Shown: in pieces, positions 8,607 through 17,126 of the stretch
Position numbering within the stretch: position 1 is the stretch's first letter
Layout: each line of letters begins with the position of its first letter
Origin: a virus
Lineage: Duplodnaviria > Caudoviricetes
Length of the DNA stretch: 25,394 nucleotides
IMG/VR virus record: IMGVR_UViG_3300005512_000298
Span: 1-25,394 of that record
Reading direction: 5' to 3' (one strand)
Position numbers and translations under genes: made by a program
The notes under the pieces: generated by a model
What the model saw: the letters and a program-made list of their open reading frames with translations, nothing else
Told to the model about the DNA's origin: nothing
The model's database searches: none

Positions 8607-11225
8607 ATGACAACTACAAATCAAAATTTAGATACAAGTCTATCTACATCTGAGGGAACTACACAGTCTCAAGGTGTTAGTCCGGACAACAGCGAAGAAC
8701 CTACAGCTCAGTATCCGAAGTCTGAATACTTCTTTAGTTCTAATTTGAACTTTGCTGCAACAGGTGCAGCACGCAATGAGTTGTACACTGGAGGCGGTGA
8801 CCTAGGTCTTTCATTAGGTCTAGCTCCACAGGCACCATCGCAATATCCACATAATCAAGTCTCTGAATCAGTATCAGGCCACATCATCGAAGTTGATGAT
8901 ACACCAGGCAATGAAAGAGTTCTAATCAAGCATAGAACTGGATCAGGTGTAGAACTAAGAAGTGATGGTACAGTTCTAGTCACATCAACTAAAAACAAAG
9001 TTGAACTGACTGCAGACGATCATACCGTTGTTGTTGAGGGTGAGGGTAATCTTGTTTATAAAGGTAACTTAAATTTAAAGGTTACCGGTGATTTTAATAT
9101 TGAGTGCGCTAACTTTAATGTAAAGTCTAATGGTAACTACAATATGGATGTAAATGGTTCTCATAGAACTAAGGTGGGTGCATCACTTGGTGAGACTGTC
9201 GGACAAGGCACATCGAGAACATCTGCAGGTCAGGTTGTACATACATCGTTGGCTGGTCTATCAAATAACGTTAAAGGTACATTTAGTAACAACGTAGATG
9301 GTGATGCTAATTATGTGTCAAGTGGTTTGACGACACTAACATCAGAATCTCAGATTAATATTTCAACACCTGACCTAAATGCTGCAGCTACCAATCTTTC
9401 TGTATTTGGTGATGAGGGTACAATAGGCGGTGAAAATGTTATTATGTACAACTACAATATGTACACTCAAAAGAATATTAGAACTCTTACATTAGAAACT
9501 ACATCATTGTGGGCAGAGGAAAATGTGACAGCTACAGCCATGTATGCTGATACTTTCCATGGAGACCTAAACGGAGTTGCAGTAACTGCTACTGTTGCAC
9601 AATCACAAGCATATGCTGACCCTGTAGGTGGGGGTGGTGTAGGTTCTGCTGGATCTATTACAAACACGGCTGCAGATCCAGCAGCAATTGATGCTAAAGT
9701 GACAGCTATGCCATCAGCTCAATTACTTGAAACTTATCTAACAAAATCTCAAAATGGTGTCAAAACTGTTTCTATAGATGATGGAGACTTTATCAAGAAA
9801 AATGTAAACAAAACTGATGTATACGGTGGTCTATCAGATCTTAATCTAACTACAGGTCTTGTAAGATCCAGATTGAGAGATCCTAATAACTTAGCTGTAG
9901 AGGACTTCACCACACAAGCTGTAGCTGAAGGTGTTCTATCTGGTAACTATACAAATGTTGCACCTCCTGGTATTGGTAGGGTTGTCAGTGCAAATAGTAC
10001 TCCTAAGTTTGGTCAAATTAGATTTGGTAACGTTAAGATTACTTCAAATTCAGATCCATTCTTACCAACAAACCTAGTATCTAGTATCTTACCAGATCCT
10101 GTCTACAATCCAGACTTTGCGGTGTCTATCAATTCTAATACTAAATTAGCACCAGGTGTTTCTATCGCCAAGTTCTTAGGATCGACCGGACACCCTACTA
10201 ACTTAGGTTTCATTAAAGATGAACAACAATTGCGCCAGTTAGCTCGTCAATTATATCTACAAGCTGAGGTGATGCGTTCTATTGCAACGAACAAAGCTGC
10301 GTTTTCTGATTATAGACTGATCGTACAAGAGGGTGTTTATAGACCTGGTCCTGCAGAAACTGCGAGTGGATTAAATCTATTAAAACTTAAAGGTCAGGCC
10401 GTAGTTTATGACCTCGTTGATTTAGACGGTAGATCAGATCCAGCTGTCATATTTGACTTAGCTGAATACTGGAAAGACACACTACTATTCGATAAGATGA
10501 TTCTATCATATGACACTTATGATGCAGACAAAGAATTAGACGCACAGCTCATTATTATTATGCCAGAGATTAGTGATAGTTGGGTTGGCAGTTTTAATAG
10601 AACTGTAGAGACCCAGTTTAATGGTAATAAGCTGTCTCAAGGTGAATTAGTAGAATGTACAACCACACCTGTTACTACACAATCAGCTACTTCAAAGGTA
10701 GAATTACCTACTGGAGTAGGTGGTAGATACGGCCTAAATCTACTTACAATAAAAAACCCTAGTGGAGGTCCTCCTATTGTAGTACCAATTGTCGATACAT
10801 TAGCTGGAACAAGTCCAAAGATGAGACCTGGTGCTTTAGAAACAATGAAGAATCTACTCAACAATGAATATGCTAGAATGCAGGACTTCTACGAAGGACC
10901 ACTTACTATTAATGATGCTCTTGTTAAAGAAGGGTCTAGTCGTGATAAAAACGGTACTTCACAACATTATTTTGGCAGAGCATTAGATATTAATATTGTA
11001 GGGCTGAGTAACGGACAAAGAATCAAATTAGTTGATGCAGCCTTAAAAGCTGGATTTAAAGGCTTTGGTTTTGGTGAAAATATTTTACATGTTGATACAC
11101 GTCCTACAAGTCTTGCTGGTGTTCCAGGTGGATATAATGCCTGGGATTACACTAAAGTTGGTGATTCGCGTTGGGCCGGTAAATCATTTAATAATTACTG
11201 GAATGGTTATATTGAAAACCGTTGA
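8607..11225 (+). CDS. gp5: gp5 C-terminal spike (beta-helix) protein with C-terminal peptidase M15 domain
   Basis: YPHNQVSESVSGHIIEVDDTPGNERVLIKHRTGSGVE...DG and V.G.N repeats are the post-lysozyme part of gp5; C-terminal SQHYFGRALD...GFG....LHVDTR is the M15 Zn-peptidase H-x6-D...H signature. Confidence 0.82.
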   Translation: MTTTNQNLDTSLSTSEGTTQSQGVSPDNSEEPTAQYPKSEYFFSSNLNFAATGAARNELYTGGGDLGLSLGLAPQAPSQYPHNQVSESVSGHIIEVDDTPGNERVLIKHRTGSGVELRSDGTVLVTSTKNKVELTADDHTVVVEGEGNLVYKGNLNLKVTGDFNIECANFNVKSNGNYNMDVNGSHRTKVGASLGETVGQGTSRTSAGQVVHTSLAGLSNNVKGTFSNNVDGDANYVSSGLTTLTSESQINISTPDLNAAATNLSVFGDEGTIGGENVIMYNYNMYTQKNIRTLTLETTSLWAEENVTATAMYADTFHGDLNGVAVTATVAQSQAYADPVGGGGVGSAGSITNTAADPAAIDAKVTAMPSAQLLETYLTKSQNGVKTVSIDDGDFIKKNVNKTDVYGGLSDLNLTTGLVRSRLRDPNNLAVEDFTTQAVAEGVLSGNYTNVAPPGIGRVVSANSTPKFGQIRFGNVKITSNSDPFLPTNLVSSILPDPVYNPDFAVSINSNTKLAPGVSIAKFLGSTGHPTNLGFIKDEQQLRQLARQLYLQAEVMRSIATNKAAFSDYRLIVQEGVYRPGPAETASGLNLLKLKGQAVVYDLVDLDGRSDPAVIFDLAEYWKDTLLFDKMILSYDTYDADKELDAQLIIIMPEISDSWVGSFNRTVETQFNGNKLSQGELVECTTTPVTTQSATSKVELPTGVGGRYGLNLLTIKNPSGGPPIVVPIVDTLAGTSPKMRPGALETMKNLLNNEYARMQDFYEGPLTINDALVKEGSSRDKNGTSQHYFGRALDINIVGLSNGQRIKLVDAALKAGFKGFGFGENILHVDTRPTSLAGVPGGYNAWDYTKVGDSRWAGKSFNNYWNGYIENR

Positions 11226-11233
11226 TATAAATA
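11226..11233 (+). promoter_or_regulatory. T4-type late promoter TATAAATA upstream of gp25
   Basis: Exact motif immediately after the gp5C stop, 19 nt before the gp25 ATG. Confidence 0.85.
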
Positions 11234-11252
11234 AAAGAAAAAGATTTGAGTA

Positions 11253-11699
11253 ATGGCTACAACAAGAGTTCTATCAAAAGAAGACGGCAATTTAAATACT
11301 AGTACCCTCATTACTAGTAGAAGTCGTCTTTATTCTGATATCGATCTAACATTTACAGCCAAACCAAATGGCGAGATCTATAAGAAGAGAGATGCAGCAG
11401 CTGTAAAACAGGCTGTAAAAAATCTTATACAAACAAATCATTTTGAGAAACCATTTCAGCCAAGATTTGGTGCTAACATTAGAGAGTTTCTTTTTGAACT
11501 AGCTTATAACGATATTAAAACTGATATTAAAAGCAATATTATTAGATCTATACAAACATATGAGCCTAGAGCAAAAATATTAAAGATTGACGTCAACACT
11601 AGGCCTGATGAAAATAGTCTAGACGTCACGTTAGAATTTCAAGTAATCAACACTAAAGAGATTGTAGTGTTTACAACAGTTATATCAAGGTTAAGATAA
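11253..11699 (+). CDS. gp25: Baseplate wedge subunit gp25
   Basis: YSDIDLTF, D..AVKQAVKNLI.TN.FEKPF.P.FG.NIR..LFE, I..YEPRA, terminal L/I.RLR. Confidence 0.93.
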   Translation: MATTRVLSKEDGNLNTSTLITSRSRLYSDIDLTFTAKPNGEIYKKRDAAAVKQAVKNLIQTNHFEKPFQPRFGANIREFLFELAYNDIKTDIKSNIIRSIQTYEPRAKILKIDVNTRPDENSLDVTLEFQVINTKEIVVFTTVISRLR

Positions 11700-11700
11700 C

Positions 11701-13698
11701 ATGGCAACAACAATAGCTTCAACCGCTTTAGATTTTACAAATATCAAAAATAATCTAAAGACCTACCTAGCTGCTAGAGAAGAGTTCAGAGACTACAACT
11801 TTGAAGCCTCTGGTCTTTCTAACATCCTTGATGTGTTAGCTTATAACACACACTTCAACTCTCTGATTGCTAACTTTGCACTTAACGAATCTTATCTAAG
11901 TACTGCACAATTGAGAAGTTCGGTTGTATCTTTGGCTGAGGGCATTGGTTATATTCCTGATACTGACACGGCAGCACAGGCTACAGTTAATATTAGTCTG
12001 TCATCATCTGATGCTGGTCGTGATGCTGTTATCTCATTGCCTGCTAGAACAACATTTACAACTTCAGTTGATGATGTAAACTATACGTTCCAGACAATTG
12101 AAACATATTATGCTACTGATGATGGTACTGGATTCTATGAATTTGTAAATGCTAATGGTTCAAATGAGTTACCTATCTATGAGGGCACTCAAAAGACAAA
12201 GACATTCCTAGTTGGGGAGTATGAGGATAATCCTACATATGTAATTCCTGATGCTAACATTGATGCTGATACTGTGACTGTACGTGTCTACGAAAGTACA
12301 ACAAGTTCAACATTTTCTGTTTACACTAACATTATTAATGCTACAACTATTAATGCTCAGTCAACTATTTACATTCTAAAAGAAGCACCAAACGGTTACT
12401 TTGAACTTTCATTTGGTGACGGTGAAACATTTGGTGTTGCCCCTCAAGCAGGTTCGAAGATCGAGGTCTTATATCTTTCTACAAAGGGTGAACCAGCTAA
12501 TGGTGCTACATTATTCACCGCTGCAAATAATTTTACAGGTGGTGGTATTACTGATGCAGCTGTTACAGTTACGACTGTTACAAACAGTGTTGGCGGTGAG
12601 GTAAAAGAATCTATCGAGTCTATTCGTAAGAATGCGCCATTTCAGTATGCAACTCAGAATAGAATGGTGACAGCTGCTGACTATTCATCTCTTATTCTTC
12701 GTAACTATTCTACATTGATTAAAGATATCAAAGCCTGGGGTGGTGAGGATAATACGAATCCTGAATTTGGTGCAGTCTATGTCTCTATATTATTTGAAGA
12801 TGATGTGACAGCCTTAACTCAAGCAAACACTAAGTTAGGTATTAGGCAATTGTCAGATGACCTAGCTATTATATCATTTAGCCTTAGATTTGCAGACCCG
12901 GTAACTACATATATTGAGGTTCAAAACTTCTTTGACTTTAATCCTAAACTAACATCATTGACAGTAAATTCTGTACAATCTAATGTACTAGACATTATAT
13001 CTCAATACTTTACAGATAATACGGGTGGTTTTGACCAGTCATTTAGACGTTCTAATTTGCTTACACTCATCGATGAATCTAACCCTGCTATCTTATCATC
13101 TAGAGCTGAAGTAAAGATGCAACAACGATTTGTGCCTACAGCCCCTTCAATTTCCAGTACAATTCAGACATTGACTAACTTTACTATCCCTAATGATGAA
13201 CTTAATAACGCAATCAGATTAATTTCACAAAACAGTTATAATGCTGCAGCCTCCTTAATTTCTCAATATTCAACTAGTTCTTACGCTTCAATCAGAACTT
13301 CTATTACAGCTATTGCTAATGGTAGTACATTTACATTAAGATTCCCAACAGCCATTGCTGCACCAGATGATGTAAACTTAAGAATTACCAGCTCATCATT
13401 TGTTTATGAGGGCGTTTCATGTAGGATTCAAAATGCTTTGAGCAGTAACACACTACAGATTATTGCAAATGGAACAAATGACGTAATTGTCGATAATTTG
13501 GGTTCATATGCTGCAACGACAGGTGTAGTAACACTGACATACTTTACACCTTCATCTATTGTTGGTTCGGTTAACTATATCAAACTATCTGTTGTACCAG
13601 CTAATCAGAGTTCTATTGCACCAACAAGAAATAATCTGCTTGTTTATGATGCCGATGCTTCTGGCGCTACTGCAATCACAACCACCGCGAATGTTTAA
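11701..13698 (+). CDS. gp6: Baseplate wedge subunit gp6
   Basis: LDF..IK.NLK.YL, DYNFEASGLS.ILDVLAYNTH, NESYL.TAQLRSSVVSLA..IGY.P, FGDG, ESIESIR.NAP..YATQNR.VTA.DY, AWGGED. Confidence 0.93.
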   Translation: MATTIASTALDFTNIKNNLKTYLAAREEFRDYNFEASGLSNILDVLAYNTHFNSLIANFALNESYLSTAQLRSSVVSLAEGIGYIPDTDTAAQATVNISLSSSDAGRDAVISLPARTTFTTSVDDVNYTFQTIETYYATDDGTGFYEFVNANGSNELPIYEGTQKTKTFLVGEYEDNPTYVIPDANIDADTVTVRVYESTTSSTFSVYTNIINATTINAQSTIYILKEAPNGYFELSFGDGETFGVAPQAGSKIEVLYLSTKGEPANGATLFTAANNFTGGGITDAAVTVTTVTNSVGGEVKESIESIRKNAPFQYATQNRMVTAADYSSLILRNYSTLIKDIKAWGGEDNTNPEFGAVYVSILFEDDVTALTQANTKLGIRQLSDDLAIISFSLRFADPVTTYIEVQNFFDFNPKLTSLTVNSVQSNVLDIISQYFTDNTGGFDQSFRRSNLLTLIDESNPAILSSRAEVKMQQRFVPTAPSISSTIQTLTNFTIPNDELNNAIRLISQNSYNAAASLISQYSTSSYASIRTSITAIANGSTFTLRFPTAIAAPDDVNLRITSSSFVYEGVSCRIQNALSSNTLQIIANGTNDVIVDNLGSYAATTGVVTLTYFTPSSIVGSVNYIKLSVVPANQSSIAPTRNNLLVYDADASGATAITTTANV

Positions 13699-14702
13699 TG
13701 ACACAACTAGATAAAACACTCAGAGATAATAATAGACGGGATTTAAACCTTCAGAGATCTGAGGTTAAAAACGTATTACCTGAACATTTTATCGATGAAT
13801 ATCCGAACATCATTACACTCCTAGAAGCTTATTATGAGTGGATGGAAGAAACAGGTAATCCAGATCAAAAAGTAAGAGATCTATATCGTTCAAGGGATCT
13901 AACACAAGTTGATACTGATCTTTTGCAATACATTGAAGATGAGATTCTACTAGGTCAAGCTTACTTTGGTGGATTTATCAATAAACGTGAAGCTTCGAAG
14001 TTTTCTAATATTCTTTATAGATCTAAGGGCACTCGTTATAGTATCCAACAGTTCTTCAGAGCTTTCTTTGGCACAGACCCTGAAGTCATATATCCTAAGG
14101 AACAGGTTTTTAAAGTTGGCCCTCTTGTAGATTATTCTTTAGATAGTAGTAATGCTGCAGGTGAACAAATCTTATCGAATGCATCTAAGATAGGTGCTGA
14201 GTCACAGAGATTTTTGACTGACGATAAACTATATCAAGTATTAGCAATTCTAATTAAGTCTGATATTCCTATTGATACTTGGAGAGAAGTCTATAAATTA
14301 TTTGCACATCCAGCTGGAATGTATCTTGGCGGTCAGGTTCAAATAGCATCTGTAAACGCAACGGGTGTCGACACACTCATGCCTGAAATTGCTAAGGTTG
14401 TTTCTACTGACGTTGTTACAACTGGTGAAGCTCTGTTCGATCTTACCAGCCAGCCTTCTGCAGATCTTACCGGCCTTATTGATAGTGCTAGCACAACTTA
14501 CCGTATCGATCTACTACCACTTGATTCTGATCAGACTCTATCTGAACTTGATAGTAGCTATCCAAATATTCTTACTGCTCTATCACCGTCACTACCGACA
14601 TTCGATGATAATGATTCTGATGGCACAGCAGTAACAATGGATACAACAAGAAGACAACAAACTTTGGATCAGGATTGGTATGATTCAATTGGAACTTACT
14701 AA
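13698..14702 (+). CDS. gp7: Baseplate wedge protein, short gp7-like
   Basis: LP..F..EYP..I.LLEAYYEWME, LYRSKGT..SI..FFR.FFG, YQ...ILIKS, W...YK...HPAGM: gp7/tail-P2-I-like motifs; directly follows gp6. Confidence 0.7.
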   Translation: MTQLDKTLRDNNRRDLNLQRSEVKNVLPEHFIDEYPNIITLLEAYYEWMEETGNPDQKVRDLYRSRDLTQVDTDLLQYIEDEILLGQAYFGGFINKREASKFSNILYRSKGTRYSIQQFFRAFFGTDPEVIYPKEQVFKVGPLVDYSLDSSNAAGEQILSNASKIGAESQRFLTDDKLYQVLAILIKSDIPIDTWREVYKLFAHPAGMYLGGQVQIASVNATGVDTLMPEIAKVVSTDVVTTGEALFDLTSQPSADLTGLIDSASTTYRIDLLPLDSDQTLSELDSSYPNILTALSPSLPTFDDNDSDGTAVTMDTTRRQQTLDQDWYDSIGTY

Positions 14703-14708
14703 AACTAT

Positions 14709-14716
14709 TATAAATA
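14709..14716 (+). promoter_or_regulatory. T4-type late promoter TATAAATA
   Basis: Exact motif in the 39-bp intergenic gap, followed by GAGGA SD and the ATG at 14742. Confidence 0.85.
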
Positions 14717-14741
14717 CTCTTAAGTAAATTGAGGAAACCCT

Positions 14742-15761
14742 ATGGCAAGGCAAAATGTTAATACCGGCTCAACTGCCAATGACGGAACAGGTGATACACT
14801 TCGTACGGCTGGTACTAAAATTAATGAAAACTTTATTGAATTGTATTCACAATTAGGTGGAGGTGACTCTGGTACATCACTTACAACTGCTGTTAGATTA
14901 GTGGACAGCGGTCTAGAGTATGTAGGTGTTACAAATAATTCTGTACTTACTCATACAGAGGGTGCTTCAAAACTAGTATTTACTTTACCTGATTCAGAGG
15001 GAGCGGTTGTAATAAGTAGTGCAACTCAAACATTGACAAATAAAACAATTGATAGTGCTACATTAAATAATCCTATATTAGATGGCATATCAATTAATGA
15101 TACAAATGCTAGTCACACTTATAACATAAAACCAGGAAATTTAACATCAAAAAATATTAATATTAACTTACCGGTACTTGCTGATAGTGATACATTAACA
15201 TTTAATGCTCAGACACAGACATTAACAAATAAAACACTGACCTCACCGAAAATTGGTACAGCTATTCAAGATGTGAATGGTGCTGAACTATTAAAGGTTA
15301 CAGCTACAGCTTCTGCAGCAAATGAACTAACATTAGCTAATGCTGCAGCTGGTAATAGACCGACTATTTCAGCAACTGGTACTGATACAAATGTAGGTAT
15401 TAATATAGAGAATAAAGGTACAGGTGTAACTAGACTTGGTAAGATAGCCTATTCCAGTGCGCAGATGGACTCCTCTGGCGATAGAGATATGGAAAAAAAT
15501 ACGTTTATTGTATTGAATCCAACATCAGCACAAAACTTTATTATAAGAGATGGTAGTGTTAGTGGTGAATTAAAGATTATTCTAAATAGAGGCACAGCAA
15601 CAGCAACTCTTGAAGCAGATTCGGGCGCTGGGGCTACAATGGCAGCTGGTAATGTCAGATTAGCTCCAAATGCTATGTCTCAATTTATTTATGAAAGTGT
15701 TGAGAATAAATGGCATATGATCGGTACAGACTCAGCCGGCAACGGCATAGCAATAGTTTAA
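14742..15761 (+). CDS. Baseplate/tail-fibre connector protein with gp9/gp10-type N-terminus
   Basis: MARQNVNTG..ANDGTGDTLR.AG.KINENF.ELY is the gp9/gp10 N-terminal motif; two TQTLTNKT fibre-type repeats follow. Confidence 0.7.
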   Translation: MARQNVNTGSTANDGTGDTLRTAGTKINENFIELYSQLGGGDSGTSLTTAVRLVDSGLEYVGVTNNSVLTHTEGASKLVFTLPDSEGAVVISSATQTLTNKTIDSATLNNPILDGISINDTNASHTYNIKPGNLTSKNININLPVLADSDTLTFNAQTQTLTNKTLTSPKIGTAIQDVNGAELLKVTATASAANELTLANAAAGNRPTISATGTDTNVGINIENKGTGVTRLGKIAYSSAQMDSSGDRDMEKNTFIVLNPTSAQNFIIRDGSVSGELKIILNRGTATATLEADSGAGATMAAGNVRLAPNAMSQFIYESVENKWHMIGTDSAGNGIAIV

Positions 15762-15773
15762 TGAGATAAGAAC

Positions 15774-17117
15774 ATGGTAGCAATAATTACAGATAGAGTT
15801 AAAAATCAATTAGTAAATTCTCTTCTTACAGAGTTTGAGGATTCTTCTAATCGATACTACATTGCACTTGGTGCATCTGAGGCTTGGGACAGTACTGATA
15901 CTCCACCTACTCCCACAAATACAGAACGTGAGATTCGTCAGTTTAGATACAAAATGCAGTCAATCAAAGCTGTACTAGACACATCTCTTGTAGTAGTACG
16001 TTATAACTGGTCATCAGGTACTCTTTATCCGGCTTATAATGATAACTCAGTTGCGCAATCCTCACGCTACTATGTTATCACAGATGAGAACAACGTTTAT
16101 GTTTGTATTCGTCAAGGTAAAGACTCGAATGGTAATGCTGTTACATCGACTGTACAACCAACTAGCACATCAGCTACAACTTTGACAGAATTAGCTGATG
16201 GTTATATTTGGAAGTATCTGTACACAATTTCAGCAGCTGACGCTACAAGATTCTTGACAGCCAACTTTATGCCAGTTCAAATAATCGACTCAGCAGCTCC
16301 TGGAGATGCGTACTATAACCAGTATTTAGTTCAACAAGCTGCGACCGCTGGTCAAATCATTGGTTACAGAGTAACAGCAGGTGGTAGTGGTTTCACAGGA
16401 ACTCCTACTATTTCTGTTGTTGGTAATGGTAAGGGTGCTCATGCTCGTGCTGTTATTACATCTTCAAATACTATTGGCGCTGTTGAAGTTGATGAGTCAG
16501 CTGGAGGTTTTCCATTTGGTTCTGGCTATGATTATGCTAACGTAACAGTGAGTGGCGGTGCCGGCACGGGCGCGACTGTAGTACCTATCTTCGCTCCGCC
16601 TAATGGTATCGGTGCAGATCCAACAAGAGATCTGAGAGCAAGAGCTGTTAACTTTAATGTTTTGGCTGACGGTACTGAAGAAGGGGTATTCGTTACTGGT
16701 AATGACTTTAGACAATTAGCATTGTTGAAAAACCCATTACAGTATGATTCAACAGCTGCATTTACCGGTAATACAGCATTAGCACTAAGACAGATGAGAT
16801 TGTCTGCATCAGACGATTTTCAAGCTGACCAAGTTATTACTGGCGGTACATCTTCTGCTCAAGCATACATCGATTATTATGATGACTCAAATACAATTTG
16901 GTATCACCAAACTGAAGAAACTGGGTTTACACCATTTACTGATGGTGAAATTGTGACTACAACGACAGCTACTGCAAATAGAACAGCTGACTCTGCTGCA
17001 ATTGTTCCAGGATTTGATACTTATTCAGGTGAAATGCACTATATAGATAATAGAAACCTTTCTGTTACAAGATCTGCTGACCAAACAGAAGATGTTAAAA
17101 TTATTATTCAACTTTAA
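15774..17117 (+). CDS. gp8: Baseplate wedge subunit gp8
   Basis: YY..LG....W, RYNWSSGT.Y..Y, YYVITDE.NVYVCI, DGYIWKYLYTI, F....FMPV, NDFRQ..LLKNP, SGE..YIDNR....R..DQTEDVKIIIQL. Confidence 0.9.
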   Translation: MVAIITDRVKNQLVNSLLTEFEDSSNRYYIALGASEAWDSTDTPPTPTNTEREIRQFRYKMQSIKAVLDTSLVVVRYNWSSGTLYPAYNDNSVAQSSRYYVITDENNVYVCIRQGKDSNGNAVTSTVQPTSTSATTLTELADGYIWKYLYTISAADATRFLTANFMPVQIIDSAAPGDAYYNQYLVQQAATAGQIIGYRVTAGGSGFTGTPTISVVGNGKGAHARAVITSSNTIGAVEVDESAGGFPFGSGYDYANVTVSGGAGTGATVVPIFAPPNGIGADPTRDLRARAVNFNVLADGTEEGVFVTGNDFRQLALLKNPLQYDSTAAFTGNTALALRQMRLSASDDFQADQVITGGTSSAQAYIDYYDDSNTIWYHQTEETGFTPFTDGEIVTTTTATANRTADSAAIVPGFDTYSGEMHYIDNRNLSVTRSADQTEDVKIIIQL

Positions 17118-17126
17118 GGATATACT

